From Macrostomum lignano (taxonomy: Eukaryota): a DNA stretch of 64,000 nucleotides. This document shows positions 26,106 through 39,444 of this stretch, piece by piece. The translations under genes and the position numbers were made by a program. Each line of letters starts with the position of its first letter. Positions within the stretch are counted from its first letter, which is position 1. Location of the stretch: NCBI GenBank assembly GCA_002269645.1, contig NIVC01001278.1:11742-75741 (forward strand). Direction: 5' to 3'. A model generated the notes under the pieces. It ran no database searches, had not been told where the DNA came from, and was given only the letters and a program-made list of their open reading frames with translations.

Positions 26106-26804
26106 CAGAGAATTAGCAGCTGACATCCGGACCGCAACCAAAGCTGAATGAGGGACACTCGAGACAGCTGGCTAAGATGCCGGCCACCGAGTGGGACCCA
26201 AGGCCCGTGCGCAGCAATGCCCTCCAAGAGGTTCGTGGGAAGATTCAGCCGGCCAAAAGGAGAACTTCGGCATTCACCCAGACCTTTCATAAGCGTCTAG
26301 ATTTGACTGACAGATCCAGAATGGAATTCGCAGGTCCTGTCTGGGGGGGGGGGGGGGCTGAGAGTGTGGGGGCATTGGGGACACCCACGCACCCAAGCAG
26401 CGGAATTCTCCTGTTCTGTCAGAATGGAATGCAGGGCGCTGGGATTTCAATTTCACAATAATACTCTGCAAAGCCTTCCACAATGGGTCTTTGTATAGAG
26501 GAGGAGGTTATAGTGAAGTCTTTATTCAGAGATATCATCTGCGATGCATTCCATTGTCTAATTAGCTGTGTAGACAGGGTTGCCGAAGCTTCACCATTTC
26601 CTGTGTCGAGACAACTGCACCCGTGCGCGCCTTTGAACTTTGAACTTCCCTGCGCCCCAATCAGTGTTGCAATAAGTGGCTAATAATGAGCGCCCATCAA
26701 TCAATGCATTGTTTTTTGTAATTGGATTCGTTGTGAATTTTTGTTCACGTCAAAAAAGGGCACATTGATCTTCATTGTGTGTGATAGTTTCTGAGTAAGA
26801 GAGA

Positions 26805-29600
26805 GGTGAGGGGAGATAATGGAGAGAAAAGAGAGGGAGAAAGGTGAGAGAGGAGGTGAGAAAGAGAGGGAGAGGGGTGAGGAGAGAGGAAGAGAGGTGA
26901 GAAAGAGAGGGAGAGGGGTGAGGAGAGAGGAAGAGAGGTGAGAAAGAGGGGGAGAGAGGTGAGAAAGAGGGGGAGAGAGGTGAGAAAGAGGGGGAGAGAG
27001 GTGAGAAAGAGGGGGAGAGAGGTGAGAAAGAGGGGGAGAGAGGTGAGAAAGAGAGGAAGAGAGGTGAGAAAGAGAGGGAGAGGGGTGAGAAAGAGGGGGA
27101 GAGAGGTGAGAAAGAGAGGGAGAGAGGTGAGAAAGAGGGGGAGAGAGGTGAGAAAGAGGGGGAGAGAGGTGAGAAAGAGGGGGAGAGAGGTGAGAAAGAG
27201 GGGGAGAGAGGTGAGAAAGAGGGGGAGAGAGGTGAGAAAGAGAGGAAGAGAGGTGAGAAAGAGAGGAAGAGAGGTGAGAAAGAGAGGGAGAGAGGTGAGA
27301 AAGAGGGGGAGAGAGGTGAGAAAGAGGGGGAGAGAGGTGAGAAAGAGAGGAAGAGAGGTGAGAAAGAGAGGGAGAGAGGTGAGAAAGAGAGGGAGAGGGG
27401 TGAGGAGAGAGGAAGAGAGGTGAGAAAGAGAGGGAGAGAGGTGAGAAAGAGGGGGAGAGAGGTGAGAAAGAGAGGGAGAGGGGTGAGAAAGAGGGGGAGA
27501 GAGGTGAGAAAGAGAGGGAGAGGGGTGAGGAGAGAGGAAGAGAGGTGAGAAAGAGAGGGAGAGAGGTGAGAAAGAGGGGGAGAGAGGTGAGAAAGAGGGG
27601 GAGAGAGGTGAGAAAGAGGGGGAGAGAGGTGAGAAAGAGGGGGAGAGAGGTGAGAAAGAGGGGGAGAGAGGTGAGAAAGAGAGGAAGAGAGGTGAGAAAG
27701 AGAGGAAGAGAGGTGAGAAAGAGAGGGAGAGAGGTGAGAAAGAGGGGGAGAGAGGTGAGAAAGAGGGGGAGAGAGGTGAGAAAGAGAGGAAGAGAGGTGA
27801 GAAAGAGAGGGAGAGAGGTGAGAAAGAGAGGGAGAGGGGTGAGGAGAGAGGAAGAGAGGTGAGAAAGAGAGGGAGAGAGGTGAGAAAGAGGGGGAGAGAG
27901 GTGAGAAAGAGGGGGAGAGAGGTGAGAAAGAGAGGAAGAGAGGTGAGAAAGAGGGGGAGAGAGGTGAGAAAGAGGGGAGAGAGGTGAGAAAGAGGGGGGA
28001 GAGATGAGAAAGAGGGGGGAAAGAGGTGAGAAAGAGGGGGAGAGAGGTGAGAAAGAGGGGGAGAGAGGTGAGAAAGAGGGGGAGAGAGGTGAGAAAGAGA
28101 GGGAGAGAGGTGAGAAAGAGAGGGAGAGAGGTGAGAAAGAGGGGGAGAGAGGTGAGAAAGAGGGGGAGAGAGGTGAGAAAGAGAGGAAGAGAGGTGAGAA
28201 AGAGAGGAAGAGAGGTGAGAAAGAGAGGGAGAGAGGTGAGAAAGAGGGGGAGAGAGGTGAGAAAGAGGGGGAGAGAGGTGAGAAAGAGGGGGGGAGAGAT
28301 GAGAAAGAGGGGGGAAAGAGGTGAGAAAGAGGGGGGAGAGAGGTGAGAAAGAGGGGAGAGAGGTGAGAAAGAGAGGGAGAGAGGTGAGAAAGAGGGGGAG
28401 AGAGGTGAGAAAGAGGGGGAGAGAGGTGAGAAAGAGAGGGAGAGAGGTGAGAAACAGAGGGAGAGAGGTGAGAAAGAGAGGGAGAGAGGTAAGAAAGAGA
28501 GGGAGAGAGGTGAGAAAGAGAGGGAGAGAGGTGAGAAAGAGAGGGAGAGAGGTGAGAAAGAGAGGAAGAGAGGTGAGAAAGAGGGGGAGAGAGGTGAGAA
28601 AGAGGGGGAGAGAGGTGAGAAAGAGGGGGAGAGAGGTGAGAAAGAGGGGGAGAGAGGTGAGAAAGAGAGGGAGAGAGGTGAGAAAGAGGGGGAGAGAGGT
28701 GAGAAAGAGAGGGAGAGAGGTGAGAAAGAGGGGGGAAAGAGGTGAGAAAGAGAGGGAGAGAGGTGAGAAAGAGGGGGAGAGGGGTGAGAAAGAGGGGGAG
28801 AGGGGTGAGAAAGAGGGGGAGAGAGGTGAGAAAGAGGGGAGAGAGGTGAGAAAGAGAGGGAGAGAGGTGAGAAAGAGAGGGAGAGAGGTGAGAAAGAGAG
28901 GGAGAGAGGTGAGAAAGAGAGGGAGAGAGGTGAGAAAGAGGGGGAGAGAGGTGAGAAAGAGAGGGAGAGAGGTGAGAAAGAGGGGAGAGAGGTGAGAAAG
29001 AGAGGGAGAGAGGTGAGAAAGAGAGGGAGAGAGGTGAGAAAGAGAGGGAGAGAGGTGAGAAAGAGAGGGAGAGAGGTGAGAAAGAGAGGGAGAGAGGTGA
29101 GAAAGAGAGGGAGAGAGGTGAGAAAGAGAGGAAGAGAGGTGAGAAAGAGGGGGAGAGAGGTGAGAAAGAGGGGGAGAGAGGTGAGAAAGAGGGGGAGAGA
29201 GGTGAGAAAGAGGGGGAGAGAGGTGAGAAAGAGAGGGAGAGAGGTGAGAAAGAGGGGGAGAGAGGTGAGAAAGAGAGGGAGAGAGGTGAGAAAGAGGGGG
29301 AAAGAGGTGAGAAAGAGAGGGAGAGAGGTGAGAAAGAGGGGAGAGGGTGAGAAAGAGGGGGAGAGGGTGAGAAAGAGGGGGAGAGAGGTGAGAAAGAGGG
29401 GAGAGAGGTGAGAAAGAGAGGGAGAGAGGTGAGAAAGAGAGGGAGAGAGGTGAGAAAGAGAGGGAGAGAGGTGAGAAAGAGAGGGAGAGAGGTGAGAAAG
29501 AGGGGGAGAGAGGTGAGAAAGAGAGGGAGAGAGGTGAGAAAGAGGGGGAGAGAGGTGAGAAAGAGAGGGAGAGAGGTGAGAAAGGAAGGCAGAGAGGTGG
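26805..29600. repeat. 21-bp polypurine minisatellite (GAGGTGAGAAAGAGGGGGAGA)n
   Basis: ~2.8 kb, about one pyrimidine per unit. Confidence 0.97.
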
Positions 29601-32600
29601 AGAGTCAAGAGAGACAGTGGCACAAATGAGAGGCAAAAAATACACGAAATCTTCTAGTTGCCAGCATCCTGAGGGGCACAGCCGACATCTCCTCCTCTCC
29701 CTCCTCTCTCGCAGGCGCATCCTGCCGCAGTGCCTCCTAAACACCGAATGGGGGAGGCAGGCCAGTAGGGAGGGTATTATCTGAGACAACAGTGAGCGAC
29801 TGATGCGCCCCCTTGAATTGCTTTCTGTGTATACACTGACTGAGTGGCCAACGCTTTAAACGCCAAGAAATCCTTCTCGCTGGTCTCCCCGACTGCAGCG
29901 GAGGGAGGGCGGTTCGACAGGCTGAAAGCAGACAAAAGCAGGCGGTGCCGACCGAAATTCTCCGCCACCGAGTCGAAATTCGCACAGATTGCTGCTTTTA
30001 GAAGAAGATTTTCTGCAGAACGATTTCGAAATGCGGAACTCTAAGCGGAGAACAACTTTGAGGTGAGTTGTTAAAACTGAGCTTCTTGGGTTTTTATGTT
30101 TTCAAGTGCTTTTACAATGCGGATTATTCTGCTTCTAGAAGGTGAAGAGTCACCCTTCTCCCCATGGCAACCGCATTCAATCCAAGGGATTGTGAAATTT
30201 GAGATCTGAAACTTGTAGGCGAGCTTTTATTGCTCAGGGATTTATAGCTGCTAAGATGAAGCATTGCCCTGGCGGCAGACTGCCAACAGCAGTTTGTAGA
30301 GAGAAAAATGAATTATGACTTTGCTTCAGTCTGAGTTGATGAGGGGATGATTGTCTTGTACCTACCTTTCCCCGGATCATATTGCGCCAACCTCGATTGT
30401 GTCATTTTTTGCTTCTAATAGAAGAAGTTTTGGCCTCTTCTTACCTGTTCCCCAGCCCAGGACCGCATTGGGGCAGACGAAGCGGCCCGGTGTGAACAAT
30501 TGCTACAAGACAAGTGGGCCATCCATTTTGCTTTCATCTTAATTATAATTTGCAGTTCGCGCAGCTCTGTACCGAACCCAGAAACCTGTTCGGCAAACTT
30601 CACAGAACACCCACAGATAGTTTAAAGCCATTTCTTTTTCTTTTAGGATTCGACCATTTTTCGACCAAATCAGGCTGGCTGTGGGGGATGCGGTTTAATT
30701 TCGAGTTCACTGACGAAAATGACTTGGCTACACAAGCCAGGCAGAAGCTGAGAGAGATGCTGGCAGCAACTTGATGAAGCGCGTGCTGGAATGCGCAGCT
30801 GGAACTGTTGGAGACTTACTTCGGGATTCGGGGAAATCGTGACAAGGAACGCTCTGATCCCAACAGTCAGATAGTGACAAACCATTCCTTGGCAAATCAA
30901 AAATCGATAGCAAAGTCTCGAATACCCGGGGCTTAAGCTGTGCCATTAGCTGTTTAGCTGCTGGTCGCTTTGAAGTGTTAACACTTTCCCAGCCTCCCTC
31001 GCTATGGGTGGCGCTGCATCCTGCGAGGGCACAGCTTCCTCTGTTCCAGCCAGACGGGCCAAGAACTGGCGCAGCCTCCCCTTGGGGGGCAGCCTTGTGC
31101 AGATGCTTATCTAGATCGCTTCTTGGCCCTGCACTGGGGAGATCAGAATCTTGCCCACTTTTTTCACTTCTCCTCCCACCCCCTCTCTTTGGCCCGTGTC
31201 AAGCAGGTATGGGCGCGAGTTTAGCAGTGAAGGTGCTAAATATCCTAAAATATGCAGCCGAGGGGCGGAACCGTACCTGCACTCCCAGCTAGCATCCTTT
31301 CGAAATCCCCGAGATCAGCGGGCGTGCTGAAGATCCCGAATTGATTAGCGATCAGGTGGCAGGGCGTGAGGGGGGGGGGCGGAGATGAAGTGATGAAGTG
31401 GCCGCTTCAGGGAGGACACCCTGACTAGCTGGAAGCAAGCATTGTGACAATCAGCAGTCTTTTGCATAGACTGTACTGTGTGAGAGAGTCTTTGTAGATC
31501 TTTATAACACTGTCGCATGCAGTCTTGGTTTAGTCTGTCATATTACCTTATTAAAACCCATTGTTAAATTTAGTGAACTCTCTCTCTCTCTCTCTTGATA
31601 CTTCGCTAAGTTTGCTTTGAACTTCAGAATAAACAGTTAGCTTAATTTCGGTTCTTCAGATTTCACTTCGACAATGGAAATAATTGCGCATCGCGGTGTC
31701 ACTTGAAGTACTTGGGGGGGGGGGGAACTCTCTCCCTCATCAAATAAAATGCTCCCCCCCCGAGTCCTCAATTAAGAATCCCCATCTAACCAGCTCGAAA
31801 TCATGGCACGGGCACCCCCGCTGACACCTGTTTATAATCACCGTTGCTGATGCTAAACACACCCCGGCTAAACTAAGGGGATGGTGGATGTTTTAATTTC
31901 CCACAGATTTCCTTAAGCCGGTCGGATGATGGAGGAAAGTCTCGTGCTGCGAACTGTTGATGGCGTGCGGAACCCCCCCCGCCAACCCCAGCTTCGGTTG
32001 CCATGCAGATTCCCAAACGAGTAGACGAAATATATTGACGTTGAACTCGAATGCAGCACTGGTGTTTATTAGACCAGGGGGCGGGGGTTCGAGCCCTGAT
32101 TATTCTGCTGCCGTGCTGTGATATTTCACCCTTCCGCCAAATCTGCTGGCAAATGCGAGTATAAACAAAGCAAGCGGCCTGACCAGCTATTTGGTAGATT
32201 AAGAATAGGTCAAAGAATTGGAAAATGGGAAGAAAGTGGAGGGGAAGAGAGGAAAGAAGAAGGGGAGAAGAATTCATATTTTTTGGCCGCAGAAAGTCAC
32301 GATCGTGCGATGATGGCGCTTAAAGGAGGCTGCGTGTGCGGCACAGAAAGTGGCACAAGATTTATTAAGATTATCCTAATAACTTTCTAAAGCGTTCTAA
32401 ACTCTCTCCTCCGTGCGTGGCGTCCCAGCGGAGCTGGCGGTGGTTGCCAAGGTAGAAACTCCCCAGTGACCCAACTGCCGCGAGGCAGACACCTGCAGCT
32501 GCGGGGAATCCCCTTCACTTTTCCCCCGCTCTATTAATCCTACAAATCCTCTTTCTTCCCTGGAAATCTTCCATCACACCTCCCACCTGGACAAAGTGCC

Positions 32601-32954
32601 GGAACGACTTATCCCCTCCCCATGGCAACTCGCAGATCCTGTGCTGGCAAGAAACGTCTGAATGTTAAATGCTTTGCAAAAAACCGCGCAGCGAATAATG
32701 ACACCCGGGTTACTACAATGCGGCTTCTTCTTCTTTTACTGTTCGCACCTGCCGGCAAGTCTTGCACACGTTTTTGTTGCTCTCGTGACTGTGCAGTGTC
32801 GGTGTTACTACGGGAATGATGGAGCTGTGTGGGATCAAATTTCGTTTAAAATGCCTAACAAAAATACAAAGTGAAGCTGAGTGCTTCTACATCAGCTAGT
32901 TCGCTTCCCGATCTTCTCTCTCCTTTTTCAGAATTCGTCTGTTTTAAAGTTTTT

Positions 32955-34128
32955 CCTAGAATCACCTGTCCCCGCTTTACCCTCTCCAGTCTCATCTTTC
33001 ATAGAATCACCTGTCCCCGCTTTACCCTCTTCAGTCTCACCTTTCCTAGAATCATCTGTCCCTGCTTTAACCTCTCCAGTCTCACCTTTCCTAGAATCAC
33101 CTATCTCCGCTTTACCCTCTCCAGTCTCACCTTTCCTAGAATCACCTATCCCCGCTTTACCCTCTCCAGTCTCACCTTTCATAGAATCACCTGTCCCCGC
33201 TTTACCCTCTCCAGTCTCATCTTAGAATCACCTGTCCCCGCTTTACACTCTCCAGTCTCACATTTCCTAGAAACACCTGTCTCCGTTTTACCCTCTCCAG
33301 TCTCACCTTTCCTAGAATCACCTGTCCCCGCTTTACCCTCTTCAGTCTCACCTTTCCTAGAATCACCTGTCCCCGCTTTACCCTCTTCAGTCTCACCTTT
33401 CCTAGAATCACCTATCTCCGTTTTACCCTCTCCAGTCTCACCTTTCCTAGAATCACCTGCCGCCGCTTTACCCTCTGCAGTCTCACCTTTCCTAGAATCA
33501 CCTGTCCCCGCTTTACCCTCTGCAGTCTCACCTTTCCTAGAATCACCTGTCCCCGCTTTACCCTCTCCAGTCTCATCCTTCATAGAATCACCTGTCCCCG
33601 CTTTACCCTCTCCAGTCTCACCTTTCCTAGAATCACCTGTCCCCGCTTTATCCTCTCCAGTCTCACCTTTCCTAGAATCACCTGTCCCCGCTTTATCCTC
33701 TCCAGTCTCACCTTTCCTAGAAGCACCTATCTCCGTTTTACCCTCTCTAGTCTCACCTTTCCTAGAATCATCTGTCCCCGCTTTACCCTCTGCAGTCTTA
33801 CCTTTCCTAGAATCACCTGTCCCCGCTTTACCCTCTGCAGTCTTACCTTTCCTAGAATCACCTGTCCTTGCTTTACCCTCTGCAGTCTCACCTTTCCTAG
33901 AATCACCTGTCCCCGCTTTACCCTCTCCAGTCTCACCTTTCCTAGAATCACCTGTCCCCGCTTTATCCTCTCCAGTCTCACCTTTCCTAGAATCATCTGT
34001 CCCCGCTTTACCCTCTGCAGTCTTACCTTTCCTAGAATCACCTGTCCCCGCTTTACCCTCTCCAGTCTCACCTTTCCTAGAATCACCTATCCCCGCTTTA
34101 CCCTCTCCAGTCTCACCTTTCCTAGAAT
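32955..34128. repeat. 45-bp minisatellite (CCTAGAATCACCTGTCCCCGCTTTACCCTCTCCAGTCTCACCTTT)n
   Basis: ~26 units. Confidence 0.96.
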
Positions 34129-34992
34129 CACACGCCTCATCGCTAGAATGACAACATCAGCTGTTACTTATATCAAAGTTCGTACGCAAAAAACAACATG
34201 CAAATTGGATGCCCAGTTTTTAACTGTCAATCTACACAAAATATTCGTTGACAATGGGCCCAAAATTTAACTTTATATTAATAAGATTTTTAGACGACAA
34301 AAACACAAACAAATGGAAACTTTGCTCTCGCCAACAACAGGTGCGCCTCATTTCACGCAAAGGCAAAAAATTATCTTTCTATTTTAAATTGACTGACACC
34401 CCAGTCCGCAGCAGCCTGATCTGCTGGGTTTCCCATAGTTGCTGGGCAATTTTTCAACTTGATTATCCCACTGGGGACTGTCTTCGTATCATTCCCACAT
34501 CGTCTGCGTACTCTGGAGGCCTTTTTCCCCAACCGATTCCCATTTTAAAAGTTAATTAATTTTCACCCAGTTTTAACTTCGAACAGGCAAAAAAGGAATG
34601 GCAGAGAGGATGCGACAGGCGGGACTTGGTGGGGGCCGATCCGCCAATTCCGGCGCACTCATGCGGAGTCAGGCTCTGGGGAGCTTTTGTTGGGAAAATA
34701 ATCCCTTGCAGAGACATGCGCAACTCAAAGAGTTGTTTTTGCTCACCTACGGACGCAGCGCTCGCGCCTCGGGTGACAAAGGAAATGCTAGTTGTCTCTG
34801 GCGCCATCTCGTGACTGATAAATTTATTAATTTGACTTTGCAAACAATATCCGAGGTGAGCGAGCGCTGTGGGCTTTTCTATAAGTTGATTGATGGAGTC
34901 GGCACCTGAGACAGCATCGTTCTCAGCGGTTTAGCATTGGGACTTTTTCCCATCTTGGCAAGGTGAACTGGCAGAATTTAACGGAATTTTGC

Positions 34993-35340
<348 letters not shown>

Positions 35341-36079
35341 ATCTACGCACCCAGCCACCCATTCACAGAATTGTGTTTGGCTACATTGCATATCGCACAC
35401 ACAGGACACACAGCACACACAGCACACACAGCACACACAGCACACACAGCACACTTACTAAAGGCAAATTATTCTTGAAGACTGTCAGCTACACTCCAGT
35501 GGGTTATGCACTGACACACCATCAAAGGCTTTGAGAGCGGTGAAAACACTCGTCGAAACCAAGCCCCAAGCTCGAGTCCAGCTCTGCACAAAAATGCGAG
35601 ACAGAGCTCGGCATGTAGCGAAATGCCTTATAACAAATTGGTTCGCAGCTCATGGCCCAAGTCGCTACTGTTGTCAGATTGCACGCGAAACGCTTGCAGC
35701 ATCAGTCTAAATTCGGTGAAATATCAGCACGCATCCGATGGAGGGGAGGGGAAGATTATCGATACACGCGCAGCATGCAGGCAGCCTGGGGTTTGCAGGG
35801 GACGGTTTTCCTATACGTTAAGGTCCTGTCTGTTGTGTGCTTCAGCTGCAGAAATCACTGACTGATTGCTACACTGCTTGTAACACCGTTCTGCCTTCGG
35901 TAACTTGATGCTGAATGTGGGTGTACATAGCAGGTCCAGTTCATGGAATGAGAGCCGGAGTGTCTGGTGTGCATCGTCACTTATGCTTCTGTAAGAGGTT
36001 TGAGATTGTTCTTTTAATTAAGCGATGCGGTCCTATATTTTTATCCATGTGCGGTTCCTTCTAAATCCATTTCAAATCC

Positions 36080-36715
36080 ACCCCTGTCCTCTCTTGAATC
36101 CGCCCTTGTCCTCTCAAATCCGCTCCTGTCCTCTCTTGAATCCGCCCCTGTCCTCTCTTGAATCCGCCCCTGTCCTCTCTTGAATCCGCCCTTGTCCTCT
36201 CAAATCCGCTCCTGTCCTCTCTTGAATCCGCCCCTGTCCTCTCTTGAATCCGTCCCTGTCCTCTCTTGAATCCGCCCTTGTCCTCTCAAATCCGCTCCTG
36301 TCCTCTCTTGAATCCGCCCCTGTCCTCTCTTGAATCCGCCCTTGTCCTCTCAAATCCGCCCCTGTCCTCTCTTGAATCCGCCCCTGTCAATTCCGCCCCT
36401 GTCCTCTCTCAAATCCGCCCCTGTCCTCTCAAATCCGCCCCTGTCCTCTCAAATCCGCCCCTGTCCTCTCAAATCCGCCCCTGTCCTCTCAAATCCGCCC
36501 CTGTCCTCTCAAATCCGCCCCTGTCCTCTCAAATCCGCCCCTGTCCTCTCAAATCCGCCCCTGTCCTCTCAAATCCGCCCCTGTCCTCTCAAATCCGCCC
36601 CTGTCCTCTCAAATCCGCCCTGTCCTCTCAAATCCGCTCCTGTCCTCTCAAATCCGCCCCTGTCCTCTCAAATCCGCCCCTGTCCTCTCAAATCCGCCCC
36701 TGTCCTCTCAAATCG
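36080..36715. repeat. 20/22-bp minisatellite (AAATCCGCCCCTGTCCTCTC)n
   Basis: ~30 units. Confidence 0.95.
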
Positions 36716-37261
36716 CCCCATAGAAGTTATAAGAGCTCATCAAGAAGGCAAAATCAATTCTCAAATCACAAATAGGAAAACCTAGCGCACAATCTCAAAT
36801 CTCCCTCAAGGGCCTGCATAGATAAGTCACTATAATTGGCGTCCACAAGCCCGTGACCTTCAATTTTAATCGAATTGTTGGCAGGGACCTGTCAGCCGCT
36901 CCGCCGTGGCCGGGTGTCATTTCAATCGGTTCATTGCGCCATCCACCGTATATGCGAGTATGGAAGCTACTCAAAGTCAAATTGTTCAACTCCATTATAT
37001 CACCATATGCTACCCGCTCCACTGAGCACAATCTTTTGAGCCAACATCCTTGGCTCTTCAACCAAGCAGGTGCGATGTTTACAGAGAGGATTAGCGCGTC
37101 CTCACAGCCACTTGCCTACTTAATCTTCATGAGCGAGTCGTGTTCCCAATGGCTTGCTTTTTAAGAAGCATTTTAGTAGAGAAAAAGGCTTGTTGGAATT
37201 AGGAAATAGACTTCTTTTCTAAAATGAAATCATTAAAATTTTAATGATTCGAGTGTATTGG

Positions 37262-37455
37262 AAGGATTGCTAATCTAGCCAACGTCACTGATGAAGGAAT
37301 AGAATGGATTGCTAATCTAGCCAACATCACTGATGAAGGAATAGAATGGATTGCTAATCTAGCCAACATCACTGACAAAGGATTAGAATGGATTGCTAAT
37401 CTAGCCAACATCATAATTGAAGAATAGAATGGATTGCTTATCTAGCCAACATCAT
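37262..37455. repeat. 42-bp minisatellite family, locus 3
   Basis: Same unit as the two TNPO1 arrays; ~4.5 units. Confidence 0.93.
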
Positions 37456-37589
37456 CAAAATAAGTTTTAGCACCTGAAAAGTGACAATGCTTTCTCAACA
37501 CACCGGAGACATCGAGCTCTCGTCAATAATACAGCAGGGCAGCTGTTTGGGAAAAATTCGCCGGCAGTTGATGAAGGCTGCCTCAGAGG

Positions 37590-37801
37590 GAGACTCGCCA
37601 TTGGTTCGGTCGATGGCCGGTTTGAAGAATTGCAGCGGAGAGCTCTCATTGGCTGGCGGGCTGCAGCAACCGCTGAGGAGGATGGGGCGGCGGCCGGCAG
37701 CCCCTTGGGTTTCTAGGAATGGAGGAGCGGGGGCGGCTCCAGCTGCCTCTCTCGTTCCTCCTCGATTATTTTGACTTGCCTTAAACGAAAGCAAAGCCAA
37801 G
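37590..37801 (+). promoter_or_regulatory. Candidate FoxC promoter / non-coding first exon
   Basis: GC/CpG-rich patch with reverse CCAAT boxes (ATTGG 37600, 37648) and GC box (GGGGCGG 37684); donor-like CAAG|GTGAGA at 37802 could pair with acceptor cctgcag| at 38126 just before the ATG. Confidence 0.4.
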
Positions 37802-38140
37802 GTGAGAGAGTGAGAGATTCGAGGGCCGCAGAGCATCAGAGCATACAAACACAGTTCGCAACCCCTTCATCTGGCTGTTTGTTAAGAAAACTTCCGCAGA
37901 ACCTTCAGTAGCTGGCAGGCGCAGAGGCCCACCAGACACGCCCCCTGTTTGTCTAATTTTTGACCTGACACCAACCCAACTGAATCCGAGACCTGCATAG
38001 GCGAAGTTGTTCCAAGCAGCACTGATTTGTTGATAGAGCATCAGGGTTGGCTCTATTATTATTAGCACTCAATTGTTTGCATTTTCTGCACTTTGTCAGT
38101 TCTGCTTGCCCGTCTGTCACCTGCAGTGAGAGACAGCAGT

Positions 38141-38389
38141 ATGCAAGTGGCGTCGCCTCTTCAGTATCCGCAGCAGCAGCAGCAGCAGCAGCAGCAGGCC
38201 ACCAGCAGACAGTCTCCACAGAGTCACCACTCTGCCACGTCGCCCTTTGACGAGCGTCAAGTAAACGCCATCGCCGCTTCTTCGTCGGGCAGTTCAGCGC
38301 CGGCAGGTGCCACCGCGGCTGCTGCTGCTGCCTACCTTCAGGCTCAGCAGGGTCATCCGTACACGGCGCATTCGATGGGCCTGTGGCAC

Positions 38390-38425
<36 letters not shown>

Positions 38426-38781
38426 GACCACCAGACTACACCAAGGGAAGGATCCGAGGAGGCCACAGATGCCAGTGCAGCTGCCGCAGCAGCCGCCGCA
38501 GCCGCAGCCGCTGCCGCAGCCGTGATACCAGCATTCGCTCACGGTTATTACGCATCGCACCATGCTGCACCGGCCGGCGGAGTCTATGCTCAGCATCACC
38601 TGCAGCATCATCACCATCATCAGCAGTGCTACTCAGCCAGCCGGTATTCACCCTATGGACCAGGCGGCAAGGACCTGGTGAAGCCACCGTATTCCTACAT
38701 CGCTTTGATCACAATGTCCATCACTGCCCAGCCGGACAAGAAAATTACTCTGAACGGCATTTATCAGTTCATAATGGACAG
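38141..38781 (+). CDS. FoxC: Forkhead transcription factor FoxC, exon 1 (polyQ/polyA/polyH N-terminus and first half of forkhead domain)
   Basis: [43 protein letters not shown]; AG|gtaagt donor; ATG choice (MQVASP) is likely but not proven. Confidence 0.93.
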
Positions 38782-39444
38782 GTAAGTGCACAGTTTTCCA
38801 TCACTCGCAGTGCAGGTATAAACTTGAGCGCCTCATCATGCTAACCAATTGCTGTCAACGCAGTGGGTGTCTTGCAAAAGAAATTGATAAATGAATTAGA
38901 GGCAAGGCACAAATGGTTTTGAGCTTTCTGCTGAGGACCACACGCAGCAAGGGTCGCTTCTGTTTGATATCTGTCAATTTGACAGGTTGAATAGATGGAG
39001 TGAGAATAGAGAATAGGGGGACAGACAGGCTCTCTCAGCATGATCGTGTTCAAGTGGTCCGCTCGGCACGGGCTCAAAGTGTGTGTGTGAGAAATGTGTG
39101 TTGCAGTTTTTGCATTCATTTTTTGCTGCAAGTTGCCCCGCTTTAGTTAGATAAGAAAGTGTGACTGCTCTTCTGCCCACTTTTATTGTCAAAGACAGCG
39201 CTAATAAAATACCGAATAATGCGATCCTGCATTTCTGGCCCGGCCCCTCTTTATGGTGCAGAATCTAAATTGCTTTGTCACTGAAACACCGACTGGAACT
39301 ATTGTCTGCAGGGGGTAGGGGAGCCGGTCACACCTTTGCTGGGAACAAAGCGGGAAATTATGGAGAAAAACTCTGTCTATTAAAGATTCTGACCTGTCCA
39401 GAATCGCTTTGTCTGATGTAGAGGCGGTAAATGCATCCTAGATT

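Noticed and set aside
24717-29789. 468-aa ECQMLAG ORF and ~1000-aa SPLSLSF / RKRGREV ORFs
   Set aside because: Pure minisatellite translations
32871-34151. 426-aa LESPVPALPSPVSPF ORF (mucin or extensin-like) and collagen-like GETGEGKAG on the minus strand
   Set aside because: 45-bp array with no non-repetitive domain or convincing splice connection; coding cannot be fully excluded without RNA data
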